A stretch of 64,000 nt of DNA, taken from the NCBI GenBank assembly GCA_002269645.1, contig NIVC01002826.1, positions 62,001 to 126,000 of the forward strand, read 5' to 3'. A program made the translations under genes and the position numbers. The first letter of the stretch is position 1. Every line of letters starts with the position of its first letter. This DNA comes from Macrostomum lignano. Lineage: Eukaryota. Below, one piece after another: positions 53,531-64,000 of the stretch. The notes under the pieces are model-generated. The model was not told the DNA's origin, did no database searches, and worked only from the letters and a program-made list of their open reading frames with translations.

Positions 53531-54409
53531 TAAATCAGTTTTTAGTTTTCAAAGCCGAAGTCAGCTCATATTTAATTGACTTGAACAATGTAACGATATA
53601 TAAAGGCTTTTTCGGCAGCAATATAAAGTACATATATACTTCTACCATAGACGAAGGTGCGGACAGTTTCCAGGAAGCACTTGTTTGAGCACTACAGGTT
53701 CGTGACGACTAGCAAAGTCGCAGAGCCGTATACATTGTCTGTAAAAGAGAAATCCAGGGTTCTGTGCTTCAAAGCTAGGACAAGGGATCAAATGTAAAGT
53801 AATCTCCTGATTCAGTTGACATTTGAGGCCGCAGTGCGTGCCATGAAGCAAGAGACTAGACAGCTGCACTAGTTAAAAGTGAATTGGACACTGTAGTAGA
53901 AGTGATCGAGCTTGAGTTTAAGCACCGATTGACCCTTTATCTGAATCAAAACAAACTCGCTTCCATGATTTTTTTAAACTACTTATAGACTATTCTCAAT
54001 GCTAATTTCATATTACCTGGATTCTAGAGTTATAGCAGCAGTAATATATTTCATTAATTTTATTCTGCTAGACTTTAAAAATCCCTATTCTGTTAATACA
54101 TTACGATGTATTTCATCTTCAACTTAAATGCGTATAGAACGCATCGAAAGACTTCAATCTTGATAGAGATTTGCACAGCAATTACATTCCTGCCCCCTCC
54201 TTAGAAAGCTGCTGAAAACTCGCAGACTCCCAGGCGCTAGTCCTCAGTTACCCTCCCGTCTGCATCACTACAAGTGTCCTTTTAAAATGTGTGAAAACAA
54301 TAATTACTCAAGTGCTAAGGGACTATGAAAAAGCGTGTTTTTGCTTTGCTTGACAAACATTCAATTCAGAAGAACTGATGATATTAATATTTTGACAGTA
54401 AAATAGCTG

Positions 54410-54795
54410 TTGCGTCCACGCGTGGGTCGACGTAAACCGGAGAGGCGGTTCAGTGTGTTTGGCTACGCCGATGATCTCGCCCTGCTGTCCTCAACTGTCA
54501 AGGACGCCCAGCGACAACTGGACAAGCTAGTTGCTGTTGCGGCGAGTGTCGGCCTGGTGGTCAACACGCAGAAGACCGTCGTGCTCTGCGTGCCGGACGA
54601 CATCGAGGCTGCGATTTTGTTCCGAGGCGCTGATGGACAGGCGACAGAGCTTCCGCGTTGTCAGCAGTCCGTCTACCTTGGCGATCTGGTTCCCCGCGTC
54701 CGCGAGGATTTGCCGCGTCGCCGCGGGCTTGCCTGGGCTGCCTTCCGTTCTGTGAGGGCAGTCTTGCAGTCCGAGGCCTTACCTGACCGCCAGAT
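54410..54795 (+). mobile_element. RTE-clade retrotransposon fragment
   Basis: GYADDLALLSSTVKDAQRQLDKLVAVAASVGLVVNTQKT; closely similar to 63480-63790. Confidence 0.9.
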
Positions 54796-55533
54796 GCTGT
54801 TACTTGTTGCTGTTTGTTTTGTTGTTGGTTGCAGAGTGCGCCTTCGAGGGGGGGCTCAGTGTATTGTTTATTAATCTACTTGAATAATCATGAGCGACAC
54901 TGTTTAGTCTGTTTAAACACTGTTTAAACTTAATATCCAACTCTGAAGACACGATGTCTGCAGCCCTCCGATCAAAAGACTTTTCCATGAAATTCTCCAG
55001 CGTATTGAAACAAAAAATAAATAAAAATTGAGAGGACCGCAATTAGAAGGTTAGAAATAGCAATAGTGGATATTTATTAAAATTTTACGAAAACTAAGTT
55101 GAGAGTAGCCAAGAACAAACCATATTGTGGATGAAATTTTAGTGCCATAACAAAACTGAAAAAAGTATCATGTCGTTCAAGACTGAGTATGTAATAAAAA
55201 CTACGAATGGAATATTTTAAAACAAACGAACTCTTGCAGCATTTTTGACCGGAAGAGTCAATGATTTTTAGGGAAAATCTGCCTTAAAAAAGTATTCGAG
55301 TTCAGTTAGAACTAAGATAATACGAACGGTTAGATTTGTTAACATCTAGATAATGGCTAGTGAATTTCATACTTCCTAGAATTTCGAAGCCGCGGCTTTG
55401 ATTACACGTAGTTGATAATGGCGGATTTTTTTGAATGTGAAATAACAAACAGTAATATAATTTTAGTCAGTCGGAGTCCGAGAATCATAGCCCAGGTCAT
55501 TGTGGTTGTTAGCTGTGCAGCTCAGAACCGTCT

Positions 55534-58500
55534 TTAGTAAACCACCTGTTGGCGAACTTCGATGATTTCATCTTCCAGCACAGCCGTCGGGTCGGGCTCG
55601 ACGTATATGGGGTACGCCTTCTGCACCCCCTTCAGCTCCTTCGAGATGAACGACACGATGAAGTTGCGCTCACCGCAACGGACTGGGGTCAGGGTGATGC
55701 TGCAGCTGGCTTTGTCACCCGGCTTCACCTGGCTACAATGTTATCAGTTTAGATGAGTAGCTTGCATTTCATTGACGCTGTGGGTATCTCGAATCCATTT
55801 TATCTTATGGCATAGGACAACGTCGCGAAATTTGAGCTCTGCACAATCGCCAAGAGCCATACTCGTAAGAGCTCAAAAACGAATATGCTTCATTCCTCCA
55901 TATTAACCCATAAATTCCAAAGATTTATCAATCTTAAAGCTATAAAAGTACTCTTTTAGTGTCTTCTCGTCTCTAGAGCACCCCAAACAATTTTAATTTA
56001 ACGACTGCTCACCCAACGCTCTTATCCATGCTCTTTCCGCGCAGTCCCGGACCTTCGATGCTGAACCGGGCGTCGCTCAGGGCGAAGGGCACCGGATTGA
56101 CAAAGGTGCACTTGAAGTGGAAGGCCTTGTTCTGACAGACTTCACCCACAATCTAAAAAATGATTAGAATAGCGAATTAGTCAATTAGCTCTAAGCCTAG
56201 CATAGAAAAGAAAAAGCAGGTTACAACGGCAGATGCACCTCAATGTCAAGTTCCGGATTGAACAGGTGCACAATTGTCTGCTTCACCACTTTGTCATTTC
56301 CATCGATTCCGACGGCGACAATTTCAATGCCAACTTCCTCGCAGCCGGCGGAGTTGGTATAGTCCGCTGACTGGATGGCCAGCTCAACAGGAGATGCTGA
56401 AGGATATTGATAGATTTTCTAACTTACTTGATGCTACCGACTTTTGAAACTGAGGTACACGCAGACACAGGGATACTCACTGCTGCTGCCCTTGACAGTG
56501 ACTTCACCCTTTTCGAAGGCCAGCTGTCGGATGACCTTGCCGTTGTACTGCTTCAAGTTAGCCGCAATTCCAAACAGGATTTTCTTGTCGGTGCGAGCTC
56601 CGTTTGTCAGCTCCAGGGTCACCTTAATGTCGCCGCCAATCACCAGGTACTCTTCCGTGGCAATGTTGAGTTGCAGGTTGCGCCTGCGCTTATTGTCATC
56701 GTTGCGTTCTACTTTGATTTGCACCTTCTTGGAATTCTTGGCCGCCCGGAAAGCTGCATCTTCCTCACGACTGCCCTCTGGGAATTTGTACTGGTCAGTG
56801 ATGTCTAGACGGTCTTCCGAGCCCACCGCCTTAGTGCTGATGCTTCGGCCCACCTTGGTCGGATCGGAGTAGAGCTCCTTGTTAGTGCCATCGGCGTTCT
56901 TCTGCCAGTGCTTGATACACGCGTTCACTTCCGCATAGATGAACGGCGTGTCAAAATCGACGTCCAGTTTGCCTTGTTTGATGGCCTTGACTGGGCAGGG
57001 GCCGGTGCGGAAGATGCTGTCGCTGCGCTCCTGCGGTGTTGCGTCCACGGCCTGCCAGCCGTCGAAGTCGCCGCCGAGGTCCGGCCGCTTCATCCACAGA
57101 TCGTTCCACACGTGGAAGTTCCTGGAGAGATAATTTTGTTGGTAAGCATATTTTGAGCTCTAAACCTGATCTAATTCAGTAGCTGGCAAATACATGTATT
57201 TTTTTATTTATAATAGTTATTATAGTTATTATAGTTGCTTGCGTAATACTCGTAGTTCAACGTAAAAAACATCATTAATTTTATTTAGACTTTCCAAGCT
57301 AGCACTCATTGGTGCACTCACTGAATTAGCTCCCTCTTTTGCATTGCGGATTATCGACTTGTTGGTCCTGTTGTAGTTTGTTGTCATTATTTTTGTTACT
57401 TAGTAACTGCCTAGTAACCTAGTAGCTGATACTTTACAGTATATTCATACACAAACCCACCAGATGCTGTCCGAGTTCAATTCAGCGATGGGGGCGAAGG
57501 TGTCGTTAAAGAAGCTGTCAACAATCAGGTTGCAGTTGGTGTCGTGAGCAGAGTCAAAGTTGGTCACACTTCGGGCCGGAATGCCGAGAGCTCGGGCAAC
57601 TAAGGACAGGAATAGAGATTTTACGGCTCAGAGGAATCTTCAGATCCCAGCATGTGTCAGTTCACAGTTTAGGTCATTTGAATGGCAGAAAATCCGACTT
57701 ACGAGACGTCATAAGGCCGGAGAAGACCCAGCACTGTCCGAACTTTACCGGCGTTTTCGACTCGTAGTACTTGGCAATGATGGCCAGGCTGCCTCTCCAT
57801 TCGGTTGGCGCCACGCCTCCGGCATAGTCGCCGCTCCAGTTGCCCACAAGGACGCCGTTGTCGTCGTTGCTGTTGACCAGAGCGGAGAGCGAGCGCGCGA
57901 CGCTGACGGGGTCGCCCCAGCTGTCGAAGGGCAAGCCGGACTTGGCCAGCAGATAGTAGGCGCAGTCCAGCACGGGGTCGTCGAACTGCGATGAAAAAGG
58001 AATTCAGACTTCAGAGCGCATTGCTAGTTTGTGCCGTAGACTCTTGGTTCCAGGCTCTGTGCGCCGGTCTGTTACAATTTTCTATTCAACTACATATATA
58101 TGATTTACCTGACCAAAATTCCACGACTTGCTTCCTATGCTGCGAGACGAGCCGAAGTACACCCTGCCGGTGCTCTCTAGAACGTACTCCCGACATTCAG
58201 CGCCGCTCTCCAAGTAGACGGCATCGTCTGAAAAAGATTATTCTCTTTGAGCATTAAAACATTTGAGCCTATTCTTGGTATCTTTATCGGATTCGCAAAT
58301 GGCGAACGAATGACAGTTTGATTCTGGCGTACTTTCTTTCTCAACAATGAACAATACATTTACAAACTGAAGTAACCATCAACCTACCCGGACAAAACGG
58401 GTTGTAGACCACTGATATGGGAAACTTCATGTCGTAGTTGAAGGTGATCTCCAGGCTGCGAGTCGCGTACATCTGCGTGATCCAGTACTTGGCAGTGATG

Positions 58501-60217
58501 CAGTTCTTGGCAGTGTAGAACACAACCGTCACCTTATTGCTTCCCGGATAGACAATGACCTGTCGTGCGGCAATCCGTGTAAATAATTTTCACAAGCGCA
58601 AAACGCTACATGTTATTGAGAAAGAGTTGAAAACTCTGTCCCTTACCGAGCGCATCTGGATCGGGCAGTGGTAGGACTCGTGGTCGCTGAACCGAGTGGG
58701 CTCCTGAAGAGCAGTGGTTATGAAAATATCAGAATTACTTTTGGGGCTTCAATTCGGTTGATGTCTGAGGTCAAATAATTGGAGAGGAAGTGCTTACGCT
58801 TGATAGGGTTAGCCGAAACATACTAAATGTTCAGAAAGTTCACAAGCCAGTCTCTCATTAGCTAGCTACAAGACTTATTTAAACCTCCTGGTAAAAATAT
58901 TTAAAAGGGTTAATATTTTAGTTAAAGCAAAACAAGTTTTATCCGACATGCGCTGTAGTTTTGGTAAACCATTGAAGTGGTCCTAGTTTAATTTCGTTCT
59001 TCCCTCTGTACGGAGAACAATCTGGATAACGTATTGATAAATTAGTCTCACCTCCTTCAGATGCCAGCTCTTCTGATAGGCTTCGAAGCCGTAGTCATCC
59101 ACGCTGACGCGGAACGACAGCAAATCGTAGTCATCGAATACTTCGTCGAACTCCAGGTCAAGGTAAAAGTACTCGCCCCGGCGAACCACCATGCCGCGTC
59201 GGTTGGCCACCTGATCGTACTCGACCGTGTTGCTGCGCTTGCCGCTCTTCACATAACGTGGCACGAAGCGTTTCAAGCGTAGTTCTGAATAAATAAAGAG
59301 AGTAAACTATATGTAACACGAAAGCGCTGTAAAAGGGTAATGGTGTGCAGTTCTGGTCGCCTCTCAACAAATGGAGCTTGAAAAACAAATTCAAAACTTA
59401 TAGAGAGTTTTTTTGTCAACAAGACACAATTGCGTATGATTTCTATTGATTAGTTAAAACCTTTCTGCACCACTACTTTTCAAGGTATTGGCTTCGACTC
59501 GTAAAAAATTCGATTTCCAGCTATTTGATCAGGCTACTACACAAACTAGCAACTAGTACCTGAACGCTGCCCCCATCTGTTATGTGTAAGATGAAGAATT
59601 AGTGGAGGCTGAAGTTGTATCAAATTTGGGGCGAATTCCTGGGTAGCGAAGCGACAATTGCTGCAACATGCACAGCAGGGGTCGGCAAGCTGTTTTGCCT
59701 CAAGGGTTAGATAAGGAATTTAGACTATTGCTGCGGCCCGAATGAGAGAGGATCTGAATAGAGAAGAGGAAATAAATGAGAAGTGAAAAGCTAGATGAGA
59801 GATGAGATAAGAGTAGATAAAAAGAGAGAAGACTAAAGAGAGGAGAGGAGAAGAAAGGAGAGATGTGAGAAAGGAGGAGAGGAGAGATGAGAGAGCGGAA
59901 GAGAGGGAAGAGGAGAGAAAAGAGAGAAGAGAGGAGAGGAGAGAACTGACAAGGGAGCTGAGAAAAGACCAACCTTGAGCAGACCGGATTGCTATGGTGA
60001 AGTTTCAAAGGACCCAAGGGTCGGATAAGGCTTCGTAGGCCGGAGTTTGCCGACCCCTGATGTACAGTATATTTTAACAAATAAAACTCCCGCAAAACTC
60101 GCTCGGCTGGCAATCAAGTCCAATTGACTTACTGTCTCCATTGTTGAATCCGCTTTTCGTTATTTGCTGCTGCTGCTGCTGCTGCTGCTGCTGAGAGGCA
60201 CCCTTGGTGTTAGACAT
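55534..60217 (-). CDS. TGM: Protein-glutamine gamma-glutamyltransferase (transglutaminase), 741 aa, 11 exons
   Basis: Exons 60217-60133, 59284-59052, 58703-58647, 58559-58388, 58227-58109, 57985-57703, 57599-57461, 57121-56481, 56396-56239, 56152-56013, 55732-55534 (2226 nt, all GT-AG, phases compatible). Catalytic triad motifs GQCWVFSG, WNFHVW and WQAVDATPQE are intact. Confidence 0.94.
59676..60059. mobile_element. hAT-type MITE in transglutaminase intron 1
   Basis: TIRs CAGGGGTCGGCAA / TTGCCGACCCCTG; 8-bp TSD ATGCACAG / ATGTACAG (one mismatch); GA-rich interior. Confidence 0.85.
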
Positions 60218-61146
60218 GTCGCCTTTGCTAAGTAATGAATTCTAATGTAATGTCGAATTATCTAAAAAAAGCACCGAGTTTCTCGGAATCTTGCGCCAGC
60301 TTTTATCTGTTCGGCGCTTCTCGTGCTTATTTTTCTTTTCTGTTCTCCACCCAGTCGGAGAGAGCGGCAAGCATTTGTCTGCATTCTTCCATCTACTGTG
60401 TTGTTGGCTACTCTACACAACTTTTGTGCCTTTGTGCCGGCAAAGAAAACTGCATACGATTATAGAGACTGGGAGAGAAAGATAGAGATGAAGCACTGTC
60501 GGAGAGCTGCAGTTCTATTGTTCACTTGTCTATGCGGCAAATATTTTGGGCTCCTGAAACTCTGTACGAGGGGCATTCTATAAATTAAGAAGCTGCACTT
60601 GGGTTGCGCTTCGAAGCACGTGCCGTGTGTTTAAGCTGAGCTTTGGCTAAACAGGTTAGGGCGGAGTGTAATAGTTTTCAGATGGATACTCTCGTAGAAA
60701 GGCTCAGTTCATTCATTCCATTTTTTTGTTTTCGACGTCTGGCTACAATGCAAACTCAACGGCTGCTGGGGGGGGGCGCATTTTGCTGAGTTTGACTGTA
60801 ATTTTGTTGTTGACTGCAAGCGCAGACGGGCAATCTACCTTGTAGCTCTGCATTTGCTAAGCTGTAATCAGTTTTTGTTAAAATTCACAGAGTTCTAAAC
60901 TGAATTCTGAAGTGTAAAATTTAATTACGGTACTCAACGCTTTCGTCACGGTTAGAGTTGTCTTCCGACAAAAATCCTTTATTTCTAGCGTCAACAAAGA
61001 AGCTTTTCTTTTTTATCATAGGAGTGTAAGAATCTAGGCGAAATAGGTAGTTAGTATAGGCTTGTGCAATAATATTACGGAGTAATGTGTGATAATTATT
61101 AATTTCAGTTCCCAGGCAGTAAGATGGCACTGGACACTAAAGGCTG

Positions 61147-62654
61147 TCACTTCCTCTTGAACCAGCGGTGGCCGACTGTGTCTCCGGCCTGCATGGTCTG
61201 AAAATATTGATTTTTGATTAGGAAAGTTCGGTGAAATATCGGTGAATGGATACAAAATTAGGCAAAAACATAAAAACATTAAACATTAAAATCGCGTACA
61301 ATAAACTCGTTTTGAACTCAAGCATGAGTTAAGATATTCAATCTCTTTATTTATTTGGTGAATTAGTTCGAACATGAACATGCACAGCTGAGGTTTCGAG
61401 ATCTTTTTGTCCAAAATTGCATTTAATGTCGATTTTTATACTACTTAGTAAGTAGCTAAACCCTCTGTTATAAGCAAATGACTACAATATATTGGAAATT
61501 TAGTAACGCACTTCAAGAGGCACAACTTATAGTGCTGATGCATAGGCGGCATAGCATGAATTTATTGTTTTTATTTATTATCTATCAAACTAATACTTCC
61601 TAAGTAGAATGACGCTGCACTCTCGAACAGTGTAGATTTTTTGGTAATTTTAGGCAATTTTAAAAATGCTAGAATTTTCAAAATCTTGCATGTGGGCTCG
61701 TAAGAAGGGCAGTTTTCTTTTCGCAGTGTTGTTCAGAATTTGAGTGAAAACTGGTTCAATTCATAATTTAGTCTCTAATGTACCACTTTACACTGAGTCT
61801 TCCGACAGACAACAATTAGCAAGTAGTGATCTTGGCTAAATCATTTGCTATCAGGGTTTGTAGCCTAGCGGTTAGAGCGGCAGACTCGCGACTTGAAGGT
61901 CGGGGGTTCGATTCCCGATCCTTACTGGAACAATTTGTGTCCTTGAGCACTTGAAAACTTAACTCTGCATTGCTTCAGTTCACCCAGCTGTAAAATGGGT
62001 GCCAGCATTAGCTGGGGTAATTGAGGGTCTGTGTGGCGACCCCCAAGTCCTTGGACTGAACAGCCGTACGCAGCCTTCAGATGCGCCGCGCAATAGCTGC
62101 GGCTGAGCTGTCGGTTGCACATCTGGCCCAATTAGGGCAGGTGTAATAAATTATTATTATTATCAGTGTAGATTTAAAGGTTTTTAGGCAAGTTCGCAAC
62201 AAAGGCACAGCAAGCATTTTATTGATGAAAATATGCAAAGTCCCGAAATCACCTGCCGAAAAAATCGACGTTTAATGCAATTATCGAGTCCTCACCAGGA
62301 GCATTTCGCCGTTGTCCAATACCTCGCGGGTTTGCACAATACCGTCGGGTCCGCGCACATCGGCGCCCGGCTTCCCGGCGAACACCAGCAGTTTCCCGTC
62401 GCGCCACTCGGCCGTGCAGTCCTGCTCGTCGCCCTGCGGAGGCTTGAAACGTCGAATGCCACCCAGCTCGAGCTCCTGCTCGACGCTGAAGGCCAGCATC
62501 TTGCTAGCGATGCGGATCACCTTGTTGTCGACTTTGCTGATTGTCATCGTGGGATTTGCGTTGCTCGACACCTTCTTGACCAGGAAGGAGGCACCTAATT
62601 TGGTCAACGGAAGCGAATCGCCGTCAGGGTAAACTACGGCATCGTCAGACTTTG
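61147..62654 (-). CDS. FABP: Fatty acid-binding protein (iLBP/FABP family), partial; first exon not located
   Basis: Exon from 62594 (or 62654) to 62296: LGASFLVKKVSSNANPTMTISK...GIVQTREVLDNGEMLL, spliced to 61197-61147 TMQAGDTVGHRWFKRK*, a typical FABP last strand. Confidence 0.8.
61854..62162 (+). mobile_element. tRNA-derived CORE-like SINE, near full length, with (ATT)n tail, inside the FABP intron
   Basis: TAGCCTAGCGG A box, GGTTCGATTCC B box, CORE-like body; matches 31813-32040. Confidence 0.87.
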
Positions 62655-62843
62655 CTTGAAAAATAATAATTTAAATAATAGTCGGCACCAATCCATATTG
62701 TCCCTGCTAAACCATTCAATCGGTTGTACATCTAGCGGCGTGTGATGTATACATTCGCAGGGACGTGCATTGATTCGCCGCACTGCTTACTGGGAATTCC
62801 TCGTCCGTTGTGTATCGCGCGGGTGTTCCCCGAACTTCGAAAG

Positions 62844-63930
62844 CAGGGTCGGCAAAAACTCAATGGCCAGATAGAGAATCTCTATAGATGAGAGGGGGCA
62901 GCAGAAAGGACAGGACAGAAGGAAAGGATAGAAGAGAAGAGAGAGAAGAGAAAGGAGAGAAGGAGAGAATAGAATAGAGAGGATCACAACAAAAGAATAC
63001 GCGTTCAACGTCACAGGGCGCGCCTCAAGGCCGAATCGCGAATGAACGCCACGCCGCCGGCCGAATCCGGAGCGCCGGCGTCAGCCAGCAGGCAGTCGAC
63101 GAAACGCCGAGTGCGGGCCTGCCCCCGCCGGTAGGGTCCCTGCAGCGTTAGCAGCAGCACCTCCTGCTCAGGCTGTGGGCAGTACGGCTAGGTGCGGATG
63201 ATGTGGCCTGCCAGCTGGAGTCACCGACGGCGCAACAAGTCGCTTGGACGGACCAGGCCGGCGCGGTGATACAAAGCCGCGTTGGTCACTCGCTCGTAGC
63301 CGATCTTGAAGGCGGCGCGCAGCAGGCCAGCATGCACCGCATCAACTTGTTGCTCGAGCGACTCCGTCAGCGTCCAGGTCTCGGCGTTGTACAGCAGGAC
63401 GGTCTCGATCACCGCCTGGAACAACGCCGGCGCCGCCCTCTGGCGGTCAGGTAAGGCTTCGGACTGCAGGACTGCCCTCACAGAACGAAAGGCAGCCCAG
63501 GCAAGCCCGCGGACGCCAGGAACCAGACCTCAGAGGTAGACGAACTGCTGACAACGCGGAAGCTCTGTCGCCTGTCCATCAGCGCCTCGGCACAAAATCG
63601 CAGCTTCGATGTCGTCCGGCACGCAGAGCACGACGGTCTTCTTTGTGTTGACCACCAGGCCGACACTCGCCGCAACAGCAACTAGCTTGTCCAGTTGTCG
63701 CTGGGCGCCCTCGACAGTTGAGGACAGCAGGGCGAGATCGTCAACGTAGCCAAGCACGCTGAGCCGACGGTCGTGGGTCGACGTCAACCAGAGAGAGAGA
63801 GGATATAGTTAGAGAGAGGAAAGAGCTGAGATGAGACCAACCTTCAGCGGGCCGGATTGCTATTGTGAAATTTCAAAGGACCCGAGGGCCGCATAGAGAG
63901 GCTTCGCGGACCGGATTTTGCCAACCCCTG
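62844..63930. mobile_element. hAT-type MITE interrupted by an RTE insertion
   Basis: Left CAGGGTCGGCAA at 62844 and right TTGCCAACCCCTG at 63930; body matches 59676-60059. Confidence 0.7.
62985..63795 (-). mobile_element. 5'-truncated RTE retrotransposon with a short 5' inversion
   Basis: LGYVDDLALLSS..LLYNAETWTLT..RPSDLLRRR; TSD AGAGAGGAT at 62976-62984 and 63796-63804. Confidence 0.88.
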
Positions 63931-64000
63931 ATCTAAGGGCATCACAAACTTGCGATCTAGCCAACAAACATGTCCAACATCCAAGACATTGAAATAGACC

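Noticed and set aside
61854-61925. Functional tRNA gene (also at 31975-32040)
   Set aside because: The anticodon and acceptor stems do not pair, and both continue into a shared SINE body.
62186-62252. Alternative FABP last exon after a 43-nt intron
   Set aside because: Its translation (VISGLCIF...) is not FABP-like; the 61197-61147 exon gives the canonical terminal strand.

Overview
Eukaryotic (metazoan) genomic DNA, not prokaryotic: no CRISPR, rRNA or operon-like bacterial content. GC-rich intron-containing genes sit among dense minisatellites and transposon relics. TTAGGG repeats, RTE elements and the satellite-packed introns resemble the flatworm Macrostomum lignano, but that assignment is inference only. 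Genes spliced by hand: the 3' end of a (SGSPPP)n secreted/surface protein, HP1/CBX, a KCNE-like single-pass protein, a 63-aa four-exon CCaaX protein missed by the ORF track, a small tail-anchored protein, Munc18/STXBP1 (5 exons, 617 aa), an NPY/NPF-type GPCR (2 exons, 457 aa), a transglutaminase (11 exons, 741 aa, N-terminal Q10) and a partial FABP. Mobile DNA: three RTE fragments, an R1/LOA-like relic, a piggyBac relic, a deleted mariner with a nested LTR-like insert, hAT MITEs, a foldback/MULE-like element, a Tc1/mariner-type MITE and two CORE-like tRNA SINEs. The most notable signals are direct sequence evidence of CpG deamination in sharply bounded CpG-void tracts next to CpG-rich exons, a cluster of TAGGCCTA palindromes, and several small unannotated membrane-targeted proteins.
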